Source of the DNA: Rhynchopus sp. YZ270_cl-10
Taxonomy: Eukaryota
Direction: 5' to 3'
Assembly: GCA_964035575.1 (NCBI GenBank)
Contig: OZ037843.1
Span: forward strand, 248,001 to 312,000
DNA: 64,000 nt
Shown: one piece after another, positions 13,201 to 25,632 of the stretch
Layout of the letters: each line of letters opens with the position of its first letter
How positions within the stretch are numbered: the stretch's first letter is position 1
Translations under genes and position numbers: made by a program
Notes under the pieces: model-generated
Seen by the model: the letters and a program-made list of their open reading frames with translations, nothing else
Database searches by the model: none
Told to the model about the DNA's origin: nothing

Positions 13201-13230
13201 ACCGCAAAAAAGCACCTAGCTAGTGCCCTG
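7248..13230. mobile_element. Non-autonomous hAT-like DNA transposon (5983 bp) with nested repeats
   Basis: Perfect 15 bp TIR CAGGGCACTAGCTAG (7248-7262 and 13216-13230). 8 bp TSD GGGAGGGA (7240-7247 and 13231-13238). Subterminal GCGGTTT/AAACCGC motifs. Absent from the paralogous site near 2630. No transposase ORF seen. Confidence 0.9.
8833..9564. repeat. Minisatellite, 20-21 bp unit CAGGAAATAAATTT(G/C/T)CCC
   Basis: Dozens of tandem units, each containing the quasi-palindrome GGAAATAAATTTCC. A short second block lies at about 10463-10540. Confidence 0.95.
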
Positions 13231-13332
13231 GGGAGGGATGGAGCAGAGCCACACTTCACCAACAGGTTGAGGTGCGTGACTTTTGTTTATGCCTATTGTT
13301 ACCTGGGGGATGGTGACCAAGTAAGAGAAGAG

Positions 13333-15432
13333 TCAATTTGCGAGACAACTGTGCTCCAGCAACGGGTTTTCCAGATCGGTGTTCAGGAGGTGAGTGGCAT
13401 GTCGCAAGGGTACGGTTGTTGACTTCTTCTGGGCAGCAAGCACCGCCCGCAGAGACGGAGGCTCAATGTCGTATGCAATCGCCACACTGGCAAGGAGGAG
13501 GAAGGCAAGGAATACCCACCCAGAGTTTCGCGATCCGTACTCAACGCCCCTTGTTGCGTGCAGTGCCACCATGAACACCACCATCACCACGTACACACAT
13601 TTCCACACTTTCATTGCGCGTAGTCCCCGCTGCACATGCACGAAGTCAGACACGTTGCAGCCATGTTCGATCAACACACACGTCAGGAAGTGAGGCACCC
13701 CAGCAAAGGGCAGCACATACCGCCACATCCCCACCGGCTCTGTGTTGCACTCGTCCACCAGCCTTCTCACCTCGTCGCACGCGAGGTCTCCAGCAACAAT
13801 CTTTTCCACAACCCCGTAGTACAGGCAATGTGTGCCTGTCGCTCCCTCGCAAGTCCACCTGTACGCCCTGTTCGTGGAGTGGTCCTCGCGCGGCTCGTTC
13901 TTACGCACGCGCACCTCCACGTTGCAGCCCTCCTCGACAGGCAGGTTCGCCACAGGTGTGTTCCTGTCCCCTTCCAACGCACACCCGTCCACAAGCAGCT
14001 TCACCTGCACAGGCGCAGAGTCTGTGGTGTGAGGTAAACATGCCTGCCGTGCCTTGCTGCACATGTCCCCAAGTGTGTCGTCCACACCAACGTGCACACG
14101 TACCTTCTCCCGGCGCATCAACGTCACAAACACATTCATCCCTTCTCCTTCCCCTACGGGCACATCATCCCCCTCGTCAGTCAAGTACCCTTCGCTGGCA
14201 GTGCTCATGTCGTGAGCTATGTTGCGACCTGAGTAGCGCACTAGTAAGTTTTCCAGTTTTGGCCATGCAGCCATCTGTGACATCGGTGTGGTTTGGTCGC
14301 CGTAAGTAAGGCAGAGCAACAGCACGACGCCTTGGAACATACTCATAGTGACAGGGTCGAAGTAGAAGAAGCGGTGCCGCTCCTCCTCAGGCCCCAGCAG
14401 CAGCACAGCAACGGAATAGGCCACAAAGTCGCACAGTGCGCACAGCTCACACATCCCCACGGGGTCGCCCACAAGGGCCTCCCGCTTCCCGTCAGGCAAC
14501 ACAAGCCCCCCTCCATCCGACTCATAGTGCGTAAAGCGGTGTATACAAAGAAGCTTTATTACTTCCAACACAACATAGAAGGCAAAGTAGCTGTACGCTT
14601 CCATACTGAGCAAAGCAGTCACAACAAAAGGGTAGTTTAAGGACATTATGAATACCACCATGAGAAGGATGCAATGAAACCAAATATACACTGACTCTCT
14701 GCCTAAAACGACGGGAGAAACAGCCACAGACACTACCACGTTGATCCTCGTGGCCACCAACACAACACCCGGTATGTTCGACTACGCACCCTCCTCTGCC
14801 ATTGAAAATAAGTAGCGTTGGCCACGCGGTTGTTCTGCCACTACTAGGGCACAGAGTACGATGATAGCAAGACCCTCGGAAACGACAAGACAGAACTGCG
14901 TGATGCGGGTATGGGCCTTCCCATATCGAAGAAGCGCTACAGTCGCCACACGAACGCCAATAATGCAGAAGCAGACGTAGAAGCACCAACGCAGATCCGT
15001 GGAACACTCCCCACCCGGCATGTCGAAGCGTGTCCCGTCCGTTGTGTTGAGAGCCTCGTCAGAGCACTGCACACGCCACAGGGGCACTGTTGTATTCGTG
15101 TCGTTCACATCCCCTGTCAACGCTGACACTTCGACGTTGTCTTCATATAAGTACTCATAGTCCTTCAGGTACGCAGCCAGCACACACGGACAGGCAAGCC
15201 ACAGAGCGAACACCACGGTGGCCAGTCCCAGCCTCTCTTCCCTCAGGTCAGTTATCCGGCGTTCGTGTGTGGGAACTCTCACGAACACGGGTTGCGTTCT
15301 CCGGCGTTCGTGTGTGGGGGAGGCATCGCTGCTCTCGAGCGGGGGTTGCGTGGACACGCTGTCCACAGACGCTGAAGTCATCTCAATGTCGACGCCCTCC
15401 AGGTTGGCGGGGTCACGGTCGGGGTCGGCCAT
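13333..15432 (-). pseudogene. Paralog of the membrane-Ubl gene interrupted by an in-frame TAG
   Basis: ORFs 14782-15483 and 13333-14763 are in the same frame. Codon 14782-14784 is TAG (EGA*SNIPG) where the paralog has CAG (EGVQSNIPG). Confidence 0.8.
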
Positions 15433-16109
15433 AATGTTGTTTGTGCGCACGGGACGTGATGTGTGATGCTGGTGTGATATCAATTACGATCCGCCCTCAC
15501 CCACGGACTACTTAGCCGTGAGGTGTCTTTGTGGCAGACAAAAATATGGGTCAGAAGGAAGCTCGCCCCCTCGAATTAGGTGTCCTGAATGAAGGTTTGA
15601 GTGAAGGAGCAATTCGAAAGTTTCAGCCTGACTCCTTGCTGTTTCTGTCACAGCAGGGCACTCAACGCGCTGTGCAAGGAGTGCGCTACAATCCCGAAAA
15701 GGGGCCAAAAGAGGTTATTTGTCCAACATTTCAGTGGTCAAAAGAGAGTTACGTACTTTTTTAGTTCTTTTTGACGTGCACCTCATTGCACCCCGTACGT
15801 AGACGTGAGTGCATCAGGTGTGCCGGGTGCAGACATTTTGCTATTTGTCTCAAACTTTGAGGTGGGATATTCGAGATGCAAGCTTTTGCAGATTTCATGT
15901 GTGAACACTTTTGTGAAGCAGCTAATGCACAACGGAAATGTAAATTCCCGCGTATTGGTGTACAGTGTATGCCCCAAACCCAGGTTGTTTTAGCGTATGA
16001 TTACATGCAATGCTAAAAGGAAAGTGAACACCGTACCCCTGCTCCTTTTTCTATTCTGGGGCGGGTTGGAGTAGAGCTGGAGCAGCATCTAGGAACAGAA
16101 TTACAATTG

Positions 16110-16610
16110 TCTTGAGACCACAACAGCAAAAGGCTGCACAGCATAAGACTGTGTGAATGGAAAATAAACAACGCAGATGCGAAACAAGGTTCTTCGTTCT
16201 CACTCTGCGAATTTGTCCTGAAGTGAGTGGGGGTTGGTAACGGGACACATCGAAGTGGTGTACAGGCTGTTTTTTGTTCTCTTTCAATTGAAAGCTTCGG
16301 TTTTTCTTGTCACTCTGCAAAAAAAGTACATAACGTTGGATTGGGTTTCTTTTCGTTAATTCTTAGGGACAAGACTCTTGTGGGGGTGGGAATGGGAATT
16401 AAATAACACAAACCGGTTCCCTGCATTTTTCGGTATTAAAATACTGAAAACACAAGGGGGAAAGTGTGTGTTGTCCATGACAGTTGCTCCCAGAGAACAA
16501 ATGTATGGTTGTTTTAGCATCAATTCCTACTTCGATTGTTCTTGTTTTTTGCTGTTTGACTCGAACTTTGAGGTGGGAAATTGATACTAAGCAAAAGAAC
16601 TGCTAGTGTA
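16110..16610. repeat. Shared 3' flank repeat of the ankyrin-kinase cluster
   Basis: The roughly 500 bp block ending aaagaactgctagtg recurs at about 19620-20100, 27390-27880 and 34640-34936 plus 36541-36805. Partial copies lie at 22900-23160 and 33090-33350. Confidence 0.85.
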
Positions 16611-17825
16611 AATTTATTTATTCTAAAGACCAAAAGGGTATTTTTTCCCTTCCAAAATATATCCGTCTTGCTCGATCAGATCTCGACTGTTTGTTGCATT
16701 GCACGCTTCCACAGAAAATGGGAGTGTCGGTGGCGGAGCACAAAAGAGTTAAAATGAAAAACATATCGGGTGGGGTCTCTGATCTATCTGTGCGACGAAT
16801 ATATTTCCCCCAACACTCCATATTTGGCCAGGGCCTCTCCAGCGCGTCAGTTACAGAGTTTCCGCCAAGGTGTACCGGGGTGTACTTTGGTACACCCCAA
16901 TATTTTCCCCGGAAAAATTTGGATTTTTACAGGGATTCGGGGTGTACCAAAGTACACCCCGAGAAAAATGGGGTTTTAGAGGTTGTAGATGACCCCCCGT
17001 GGTCATGTGACCCCACCGTGCAGAGCGTTTGGCTCGCTGTGTCAAAAGAAGTGGAAGAAAAGGGGGGTAAAATCTAGGAAAAAAAGAAAAAAAGTAGCGT
17101 ACCGTGCGCCTGCGGCGCTGTGTGTTGCTGGCTATTTGATGTTGCTATATTATCATTGACACTTCTGTGTATTGCCCCTTTTTTTAAGGAGGCTTCGGTG
17201 CAAGCGACGAGTGCATTCACTTTCTATTACATGTTCCAACGGCAGCACTGTAATCACTGTGTAGCGCCATGCAATGAAAAAGCAAATACCATCACTCACA
17301 AGACTCCTTTACCTTGTTAAGATTCCACCCCCGACCTCCAAATGAACCACCTCTACCAGACAACACAGCTGTGAAGCTTAACATGGTTGCTATCAAAGCT
17401 GGTGCTAAAAAGCCTGGTGCTAAAACCCAAAAAGTTGTGCCAAAGCTGCGGCAGAGCCGACTTGTCTTGGTCAAGAAGGAGACCCCTCCCACGGTTGACG
17501 AGGCGATACGACCAGTGGAAGTGACACCTCAACCGGTAGTGAGTGTATCTCGCGCCTCCCCTTCTGCTCTTTCAACCCTTCCCAAAAAAAATTTTTGTAG
17601 CACCCCCCCGCACGCTTCGCCTCTCTACCTGTGTCTGCCAGGGAGGCGCGCTCGAAGCGCGCGACGACCGCTTTTTCGGGGAGAAAAAATTTTTTTTTTT
17701 GGGGGTCGTTTTCATGGTACACCCCAATTTCGGAAACCCCAAATCCTGGCGGAAACCCTGTCAGTTGCAAAAAAAAAAAAAAAAAGCCGCCTTTCGGCCA
17801 AACACAGCTCCACATCGCGACTTCA

Positions 17826-19204
17826 TCAAGGCAGCGGCGGGGCAGAGGGGACGGGGTCTGCATCTGCCCCACCTGCGGGGAAACGGGTGACCACTTGGAT
17901 GTCGGCATAGGTCTTGGACAGTCTGTATGTGTACGTATCATTCCTCATCATCCAATCCCACTTGACCTCAACCTCCCCGTTGGACATCCTGACCACGGTC
18001 CCCATACCGCCTTTGTCCTGGTTTCGATCCTTCCAGTGGAATGGGTTCCGCATCACTCTTGACCCGACCTTCACAGCCTTCATCACTTCGAATGTGCTCT
18101 CTGCTCCGTATTTGTAAGGGTAAAAATTCCCATTGGACCACCGAACAGCTGCACGTCCGTCGCAAACCTCTTCCACCGTTCCCTCCGTCAGGGTTCCACC
18201 CTTGTCGCCCCACCTCCACACACCTGGGTGCGGGATGACTGTGTCACCTACCGTGAGCTCGTCAGTCAAAGAAGCCTGACCACGCTTTGTTACGCAGCAG
18301 TTCGTCGGCACCCAGCACGTCTTGTCGATGCTGGTCAACCTGACAGACCCGTCGTTGTCGTCGACAGCTGTGACTTCGCCAACGAAGCCCGTCGGGGGTG
18401 CTCCTGTTCTTTCGGAATTTGCCGCCACCCAGACCTCGTCGTCCATGACTCTTCCTGTGCTCCCAAGAACAGGGTTTGCGGGTGTGTCTGCGACAGACAC
18501 CTTCTGGCTTGAGTGCGTCAACACTGCCTTGAAGTAGTAGATGCCATCCACGTCCTCTTCTCTTCCTACTACTGAGTGCCGCCCGTTCCTGCTGTGGAAG
18601 CATACGAGAACTGTGTTGTGGAGGATAAGCGTAAGACGGTCGCCCTTCCGCAGTCTGTCAATTTTGGTCTGGTACGTCGCCTCCTGTGTAGGGGTGTTCA
18701 TGAAGTTGAACATGCGGGAAGGTGCATTTGGGTCCCTGTTCTTCACACCGAAGGGTCGAAGTCCGACTCCATGACGAACACAATTTCGTGGCAATTCCCC
18801 CCAAGGCTGATCCTCCACGTGTCGTGTGTATGTGTGTCAAGGTCGCAGCGAATGCACATATTGAAGTCGTCGCAGGTCGCATACTTGAATCTCGTTCCAA
18901 TGTTTTCCTCGAAGCATCCGTCGCACACAACTCCCTGATGTGTTCCCCTTTCAAACGGTGTTGTCGTCACAAAAGAAGAAGGCGTATTGGAGCTGCACGA
19001 CATCACACCCCCGTTCAGACGGGACGATGCGTCAACTGCTTTCATTTCCCAGTTCTTGCCAGGCCTGCGCACGAATGTTCTCGCGTCCTCCCCATCTATG
19101 AACGGAGTGGATCTGCTTGTGGTGGTGCCGTCGTTCTCAGCAAGCTTCTTTGCTGCCTTCAACGCGATAAGGCCAACAGGCAGTCCCAAGTCTTCGGTGT
19201 CCAT
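17826..19204 (-). pseudogene. ZZ zinc finger plus two Mib-HERC2-like domains, frameshifted and truncated paralog of 28548-32622
   Basis: N part has HQGVVCDGC..GTRFKYATCDDFNMCIRC (ZZ, one Cys changed to Tyr). A 10 nt deletion (tgcgccctgt) near 18753 relative to 31210-31219 shifts the frame. C part has VGDTV..WRWGDKGG and VGSRVMRNPFHWK..QDKGGMGTV. It stops in the Pro/Ala linker and lacks the TBCC, ankyrin and kinase modules. Confidence 0.85.
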
Positions 19205-20169
19205 AGTGGAATGAGTGGTGAGTCTAGAGACCTGTTGTGTGAAAAGACTGCTGAATTGAAGAACTGAGACGTGGAGAACGAAGCGGTGAGGGCACTCAAC
19301 GCTCTGTGCAAGGAGAGACTTGAGGGAACACGCTTGTCTGTGCACACTACCGAGGGGGATTGTGTCCCATGTGGCAAGTCCTGATGAATTGGTGTAAAGT
19401 TCCCCACCGCCAAGCACGCTGACGATGGTAACACTTTGGTTCTCACAAAACAAGTTTGTTCACGAAAAAAAGTATTTCAAGACCTGCATTCAATAAATGG
19501 AAAGCATAGGAAAGGGGATCAACAAAAATGGTGCTATCTTTTTTTGAAAACTTGTCTGTATTGGTGTAGACACCCGAGGATGAATGCACTACAGTTTGTT
19601 TTCCCTCCCCCCAAGCAGAATAAAGGCTGCACAACATAACGTTTGAAGGGAAAATAAACAACACAGATGCGAAACAAGGTTTTTCGTTCAGCACTCTGCG
19701 AATCTGTCCTGAAGTGAGTGGGGGTTGGTAACGGGACACATCGAAGTGGTATACAGGCTGTTTTTTGTTCTCTTTCAATTGAAAGCTTCGGTTTTTCTTG
19801 TCACTCTGCAAAAAAAGTACATAACGTTGGATTGGGTTTCTTTTCGTTAAATTCTTAGGGACACAACTCTTGTGGGGGTGGGAATGGGAATTAAATAACA
19901 CAAACCGGTTCCCTGCATTTTCCGGTATTAAAATACTGAAAATACAAGGGGGAAGGTGTGTGTTGTCCATGACAGTTGCTCCCAGAGAACAAATGTGTGG
20001 TTCTTTTAGCATCAATTCCTACTTCGATTGTTCTTGTTTTTTGCTGTTTGACTCGAACTTTGAGGTGGGAAATTGATACTAAGCAAAAGAACTGCTAGTG
20101 GGAGTGGGACAGGGTCGTGAAAGGTATGAGCAGAAATTTATGTATTCAAGCAATGAGGAAACAGGTTCA

Positions 20170-22179
20170 TCAGTGATCAGGAGCAAGCTTTGTCAACATG
20201 CTGATGACACTCTCCACCCCCACCTTCCCCATCGGAGGCCTGCCCTCTGGGGACATCTTGGTCATGCGCTCGATGAGAGAAACGAAGTCGTCTGGGACGC
20301 CAGGCACGCTCCTGACTCTGTCCATAGGAAGGGGCTCCATATTAGTGGCAACCTCTTTTATCAGGACCCGCAGACCCTTGCACCACTCTCTGGGAGTGCG
20401 GCCGTCGACCATCCTCCACGCAGTGCAGCCCAATGAGTAGACGTCGCATAATGTGCTGATGGATTCGTCCATCACCTCAGGTGCCATGTATCCGTATGTT
20501 CCTGACGAAGTCCCCTGCTCAGCTATGCTGCCTTGGCACGTCTGTGCAAGGCCAAGGTCGATCAACTTCACCACCCCCTGCATGTCGATCATGATGTTTG
20601 CGGGCTTCACGTCTTTGTGGATGAATTTACGACTGTGCATGTAGTGCAGTCCGGTGGCCGCACCCAACAGTACGTTGAACACCGTCTCCCACGGAAGCGA
20701 GGGCATGTCCTCCCACTCCTTAATCAGAGACTCGACGTCCTGCTTCAGCAGATCCATCACAAGATAGAGCTTCCCCTCCCTTTCGCAGTAGTGCTGGCCG
20801 TAGCAGCGCGCCACATTCGGGTGGGAAAGGGCAGAGAGTGCCTTGACCTCACGTTCGCATGCATCCTTCGAGATGGTCTGCACCTTGACAGCAACCTTCG
20901 CCGTCCCGTACTTCCCTTTGTACACGTCACCGAAGCCGCCGCCTCCTATCCTGTTAGCTAGTGCTGTGTCCACCTCGAAGTCGTGCCTGCCCAGCACGTG
21001 GATTGTGGCGGTGGCGGTGGCGGGCAGAGGCGGGGCAGAGGGGACGGGGGCTGCGCCTGCTCCACCTGCGGAGCCCCCGCTTGCGCGAGCCTCGCCTGCG
21101 ATCGACAAACGGGTAGTCGTTAGAGAACAGGAGACAATACCCTCACCGACCACTGCATCAACCGCTTCAATGTTTGCATGGTTCTTGAGCAATAGTTTTT
21201 TGATTTCTAAGTGTCCATAGTCGCGAGCACAATCAAGTGGCGAGAGTTTCTCTGTCGCTTCAATGATTGCATGGATCTCGAGCAACAGTTTGCATACGTC
21301 TAAGTGTCCATTTTCGCAAGCCTCATGAAGTGGCGTGGATTTGCTGATGCTTGTCGCTTCAATGTTTGCACATTTCTTGAGCAATAGTTTGCATACGTCT
21401 AAGTGTCCATTGATGCAAGCAATATGAAGTGGCGTCAATTTGTCCCACTCTGTCGCTTCAATGTTTGCATGGTGCTCGAGCAATAGTTTGCATACGTCTA
21501 AGTGTCCACAGGAGCAAGCACGATGAAGTGGCGCACTTCTTTTGTTGTGTGTCGCTTCAATGTTTGCATGGTTCTCGAGCAACAGTTTGCATACGTCTAA
21601 GTGTCCTTTGACGCAAGCATGATCAAGTGGCGCGAATTCGCTCCAGTCTGGCGCTTCAATATTTGCATGGTTCTCGAGCAATAGTTTGCATATGTCTAAG
21701 TGTCCCTTGGAGCAAGCATTATGAAGTGGCGTGCGGTACTTCCTGTCTGTCGCTTCAATGTTTGCACGGTTCTCGAGCAACAGTTTGCATATGTCTAAGT
21801 GTCCAACTCTGCAAGCAATATGAAGTGGCGTACGTTCGTTCCAGCTGTTTGTCGCTTCAATGTTTGAATGGTTCTCGAACAATAGTTTGCATACGGCTAA
21901 GTGTCCATTGGCGCAAGCAATATGAAGTGGCGTGTCTTTGTTGCTGTCACAGCAATTAACATTCGCCTCGTATTCGATGCACAGTACCACGCAATTGATC
22001 AACCCTCGTTTTGTATAATACATCAGAGCTGTCTCGTTGTGCTTCTTCGCATTTCTGTCGACACCAAGCTTCAGAGCTGCCTCCATTTTGCCAACATCGG
22101 AACTGAACAGAGCATTTTCCAGTATCTCCATCGCATCACCTTTTTCATTTGTAGTTGAATGGGGGGAGTGACCCGGCAT
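20170..22179 (-). CDS. Ankyrin-repeat (about 9) Ser/Thr-type protein kinase, non-RD
   Basis: TPLHxACxxGHL repeats followed by kinase motifs GGGGFGDVY, VAVK, HKDVKPAN, DLG, APE, DVYSLG. Start is MPGHS (22179) or MEILEN (22131). Confidence 0.93.
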   Translation of the reverse strand: MPGHSPHSTTNEKGDAMEILENALFSSDVGKMEAALKLGVDRNAKKHNETALMYYTKRGLINCVVLCIEYEANVNCCDSNKDTPLHIACANGHLAVCKLLFENHSNIEATNSWNERTPLHIACRVGHLDICKLLLENRANIEATDRKYRTPLHNACSKGHLDICKLLLENHANIEAPDWSEFAPLDHACVKGHLDVCKLLLENHANIEATHNKRSAPLHRACSCGHLDVCKLLLEHHANIEATEWDKLTPLHIACINGHLDVCKLLLKKCANIEATSISKSTPLHEACENGHLDVCKLLLEIHAIIEATEKLSPLDCARDYGHLEIKKLLLKNHANIEAVDAVVGEGIVSCSLTTTRLSIAGEARASGGSAGGAGAAPVPSAPPLPATATATIHVLGRHDFEVDTALANRIGGGGFGDVYKGKYGTAKVAVKVQTISKDACEREVKALSALSHPNVARCYGQHYCEREGKLYLVMDLLKQDVESLIKEWEDMPSLPWETVFNVLLGAATGLHYMHSRKFIHKDVKPANIMIDMQGVVKLIDLGLAQTCQGSIAEQGTSSGTYGYMAPEVMDESISTLCDVYSLGCTAWRMVDGRTPREWCKGLRVLIKEVATNMEPLPMDRVRSVPGVPDDFVSLIERMTKMSPEGRPPMGKVGVESVISMLTKLAPDH

Positions 22180-25100
22180 TACAACGGGTAGGGGACTGTT
22201 GGTATTGAAGTGATGCAAAAGCAGGTTTTGAAAATGGCATGAGGAGGCTCGTGCACCCTATTCGTACCGGGTGGCGAAGGGTTTGCGTTGTGTGTCCGTA
22301 AACCCGCAAACCCGCAAAGTGTTCACAAACAAGGGAACGAGAGGGACACTGATGAATGATCCAGAACGGAAGGTTCAGGTCACAGGAGTGTGGATGGGTG
22401 TGGTGTGCAAAGAAGAAGGTGGGACGAGTGGTCTTTTGTCGTATGCTGGTTATGCTGCTGGGCTCGTTTCTATTTTGTTTTGTTTTTGTTTTTGTGTTTC
22501 CTTTGTTCCTCCATATCACGATCGTTTTGTACCCGCTCAACAAGCATATTGTTCCAACGCATAGCTGATGTGCGCTGAGAGACAGAACAGAAACATGACA
22601 AAAAAGAACACCGATTGTAAGAAGGCTAGGAACGATAAAAGATGCACAACAAAAGAGACGTGCCGCTCACGTTCTTTTTTAGTTCTTTTTGACGTGCACC
22701 TTATTGCACCCGTACGTAGACGTGATGCTATTCGTAGCATACTGGAGCGTGCTTCTTGCATGCAGAAGTGCATCCGGTGTGCCGGTCGAACACATTTTGC
22801 CATTCAAAAGAAGTTTGTTCGCAAAAAGAGTATTCAAGATGCATTCAATAAATTGAAAGCAAAAAGGGATCAACACAAATGGCGCTATCTTCTCTTTGCC
22901 CCACAACAGCAAAAGGCTGCACAGGATAACGTGTCAAGGGAAAATAAACAACGCAGATGCGAAACAAGGTTTTTCGATCACTCTGCGAATTTGTCCTGAA
23001 GTGAGTGGGGGTTGGTAACGGGACACATCGAAGTGGTATACAGGCTGTTTTTTGTTCTCTTTCAATTGAAAGCTTCGGTTTTTCTTGTCACTCTGCAAAA
23101 AAAGTACATAACGTTGGATTGGGTTTCTTTTCGGTAATTCTTAGTGGGAATGGGAATTAATACTAATCCGTATTCGGGTGTATTCAGATCATATTCGGAT
23201 CCGAATATAGGGCGAATACGAATTCGCCTTCGGGATAAGCCTAGGGGAGGGGGCGGGCTATGCGATGATTCAATCGCTCAAAAGTGAAGCAGTGCTGAAC
23301 ACAATAAAGAGAAAAGAGAAGTTGAAAGTGCAAACGCCAAATAAAAATCCATACTGCGGGACGGACTGCAACGTTATCTGATAACATAAAGCCGCCTACA
23401 GTGTGAAAAAATGTTCATATGCAGTACCCAGACAACTTCGGACAGGTGATCAAATGAGTGTGGGGGATTTGGGGAAGTATGGTGACATGTTTGGTAGCCG
23501 AACATATTTGGGGTGCTGGACTGCAACCCAGTATTTCTTGAAAAATACTATTTTAGATTCATATACTTTCAATTCACAGAATTGAAAGTATGTGAGAGGG
23601 TCAACACATGCACCCTTTCTTTTTTTTGGTGGTTTTAGCTTTATGTTTTTGATATAGAGCTGACTGATGGTGCTATCCGGGGGGCGGCGTTTCACAAAAT
23701 TTCACAAAATTTCAATCAAAATCACAACTTTTCACAACTTTTCACAACTCTTCACAACTTTTCACACGTAAAGGCTCAAGAGGGTTGTGAAAACTTGTGA
23801 AGAGTTGTGAAGAGTTGTGAAGAGTTGTGAAGACGTGAGGGTTTTTTTAGCTTGCATCTCGGTCTTTTGAGCTGTAACGATGGTGCAGAGTGTGTAGCCC
23901 GTCCATCAGCAGCAGGGGAGACAGCAAACGTCTACTAGGACGCCAGGGCAAACGACCCTTCGTCGTCAATGCTTGAACATCAGCTCTGTGCAGGTGCTGT
24001 GCATCTCCTACTTCCAGCGAGTCCGCCGGCTCCATCGCCTCCAGCGGCTTCAGTCTCTGCATCTTCTTCTGGTACATCCAAAAGAACAGTAGGCAGATTC
24101 GCGGACACGAAACCTGTAAGAGGTGGTGGTTGTTTAAAAGATTATCCAAATAATGTAATCAATTGGTGTGCAATTCCCCGTGGTTCTACCGTGTTTCTAC
24201 CAGTTGTCACTCCGTAAAGGGGGGGTAGAGATGCTGGAATTTTAATTCTGCTACTTGAGTTTAATAAATTTGTACACAGTGACCCTACCCGTAAACCCGA
24301 AAAACTCGCCTACTCGCCCAAAACTCGCCCATTTTTGGGGGGCGAGTTTTGGCGAGTTTTTTTTTTTGGTAGGGATTTTACCTTGGGAAAAGTGTACAAA
24401 CAAAACTATGAGGGAAATTTGAGTTTTGAAGAGAGAATTTTTTTCGTTCCGCTTGAACAAGACCTCTACAGTTTGCTTTGTAGGCTTCCACAACCCGTAA
24501 ACCCGCCTTCAGCGTGTTCCGGAACCTTCACCACGTCCAGCTGTAGGTTCTGCAGATCCATGAAGCTTGCACAGATGGGTGCGATGTAGTCGTGGGGGAA
24601 TACCGCCAAGGGGTGGCCTGCAGTGTTGCCATTTACCGGCATGGCGAGGGCATTGTTGTATAGCGAGTGTAGCCTCGGTTCATCCATGTCTTCGTCATCC
24701 TCCGGATTGTAGCACGTCTTGTCCCCCGGTATCTATGGCACAGCCACTGTTACATTCCTAGAGATGAAAGAACAAGACAACACTTCTGTACCCACGCATC
24801 AAAATTGTGGAAAACTTTGCACCCCAAACACCCTCAACAACGCCCGCCAAAAGGCGCCCCTTGTTGCTGGGAGTTGGTTTTCATGTTTGATACCTGCACA
24901 GCGGGCATTCCTCTGAGTCCAATGCTGTTGGCCTGTCTGCGGCGTTGCACCGAAGGTGCAGGAAGACAGGGTCTGTGGTAATTTTTGCGGTGTCGCATTC
25001 CCTCATGCGTGGGTCACTCACACTTGAGGTCATGTGACACTGCGTGGGTCTGGGTACCTGGGTACCTGGGTACGTGGATGTGACCACGTGTGACTTGTCA

Positions 25101-25632
25101 CACCTGTGCGCAAAAAATCGCAAAAACCCGAAACGCGAATCGCAAAAAATCGCATTGCGAATTTTTCGCATTTTTTTTTCCGATTTTTCCTGGTTTGCGA
25201 ATTTCGTAGCAGAATACACCCCGGATCACCCCACTTTCAGGTGATTTCTGCACTTTTGGGGTCAATGCGTGCACAAACTGGCTTCTGGAACCCTAAAACC
25301 AAAAAACCCCAAAAAATACCCACAAAGTAAAAATGAAGCCCACCCCCATTTTGCGCACTTGTTGCGCAGTTGTTGCGTACTTGGTATTCTTTATTTCTGG
25401 GGTACCAATATTAATAAGACACGGTATAGATTTGATGAGGTTGGCGCTTTGATAGATGACCATTTGAGTTGTTTTGGGGAAGTACATACCATAAATCACA
25501 CATTGTCGCGGAAGGGCTCAGCCGTGTTCAGTCAAAATCGGCGCGTCCTGTGGTTACAATAAGCTCTGTCGTGTTCCCACCGTGACCACTACCCATGCCC
25601 CAACCCCCCTTCAGAAAGCCCCTATAAAAATA

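Noticed and set aside
14782..14784. TAG reassigned to Gln (alternative genetic code)
   Set aside because: TAG is the apparent terminator of several genes here (36800, 39467, 54277, 61563), and only one in-frame case is seen.
15631..15682. tRNA or structured RNA (ACTCCTTGC...GCAAGGAGT stem, also at about 32726-32777)
   Set aside because: Only a 9 bp stem, with no cloverleaf or T-loop consensus.
17314..17910. 198 aa Lys/Pro-rich plus-strand ORF
   Set aside because: It crosses repeat fragments and homopolymers and ends antisense to the pseudogene, with no domain evidence.
21160..22030. Diversity-generating retroelement acting on the ankyrin repeats
   Set aside because: No reverse transcriptase or template repeat in the window, and the variation is not visibly adenine-restricted.
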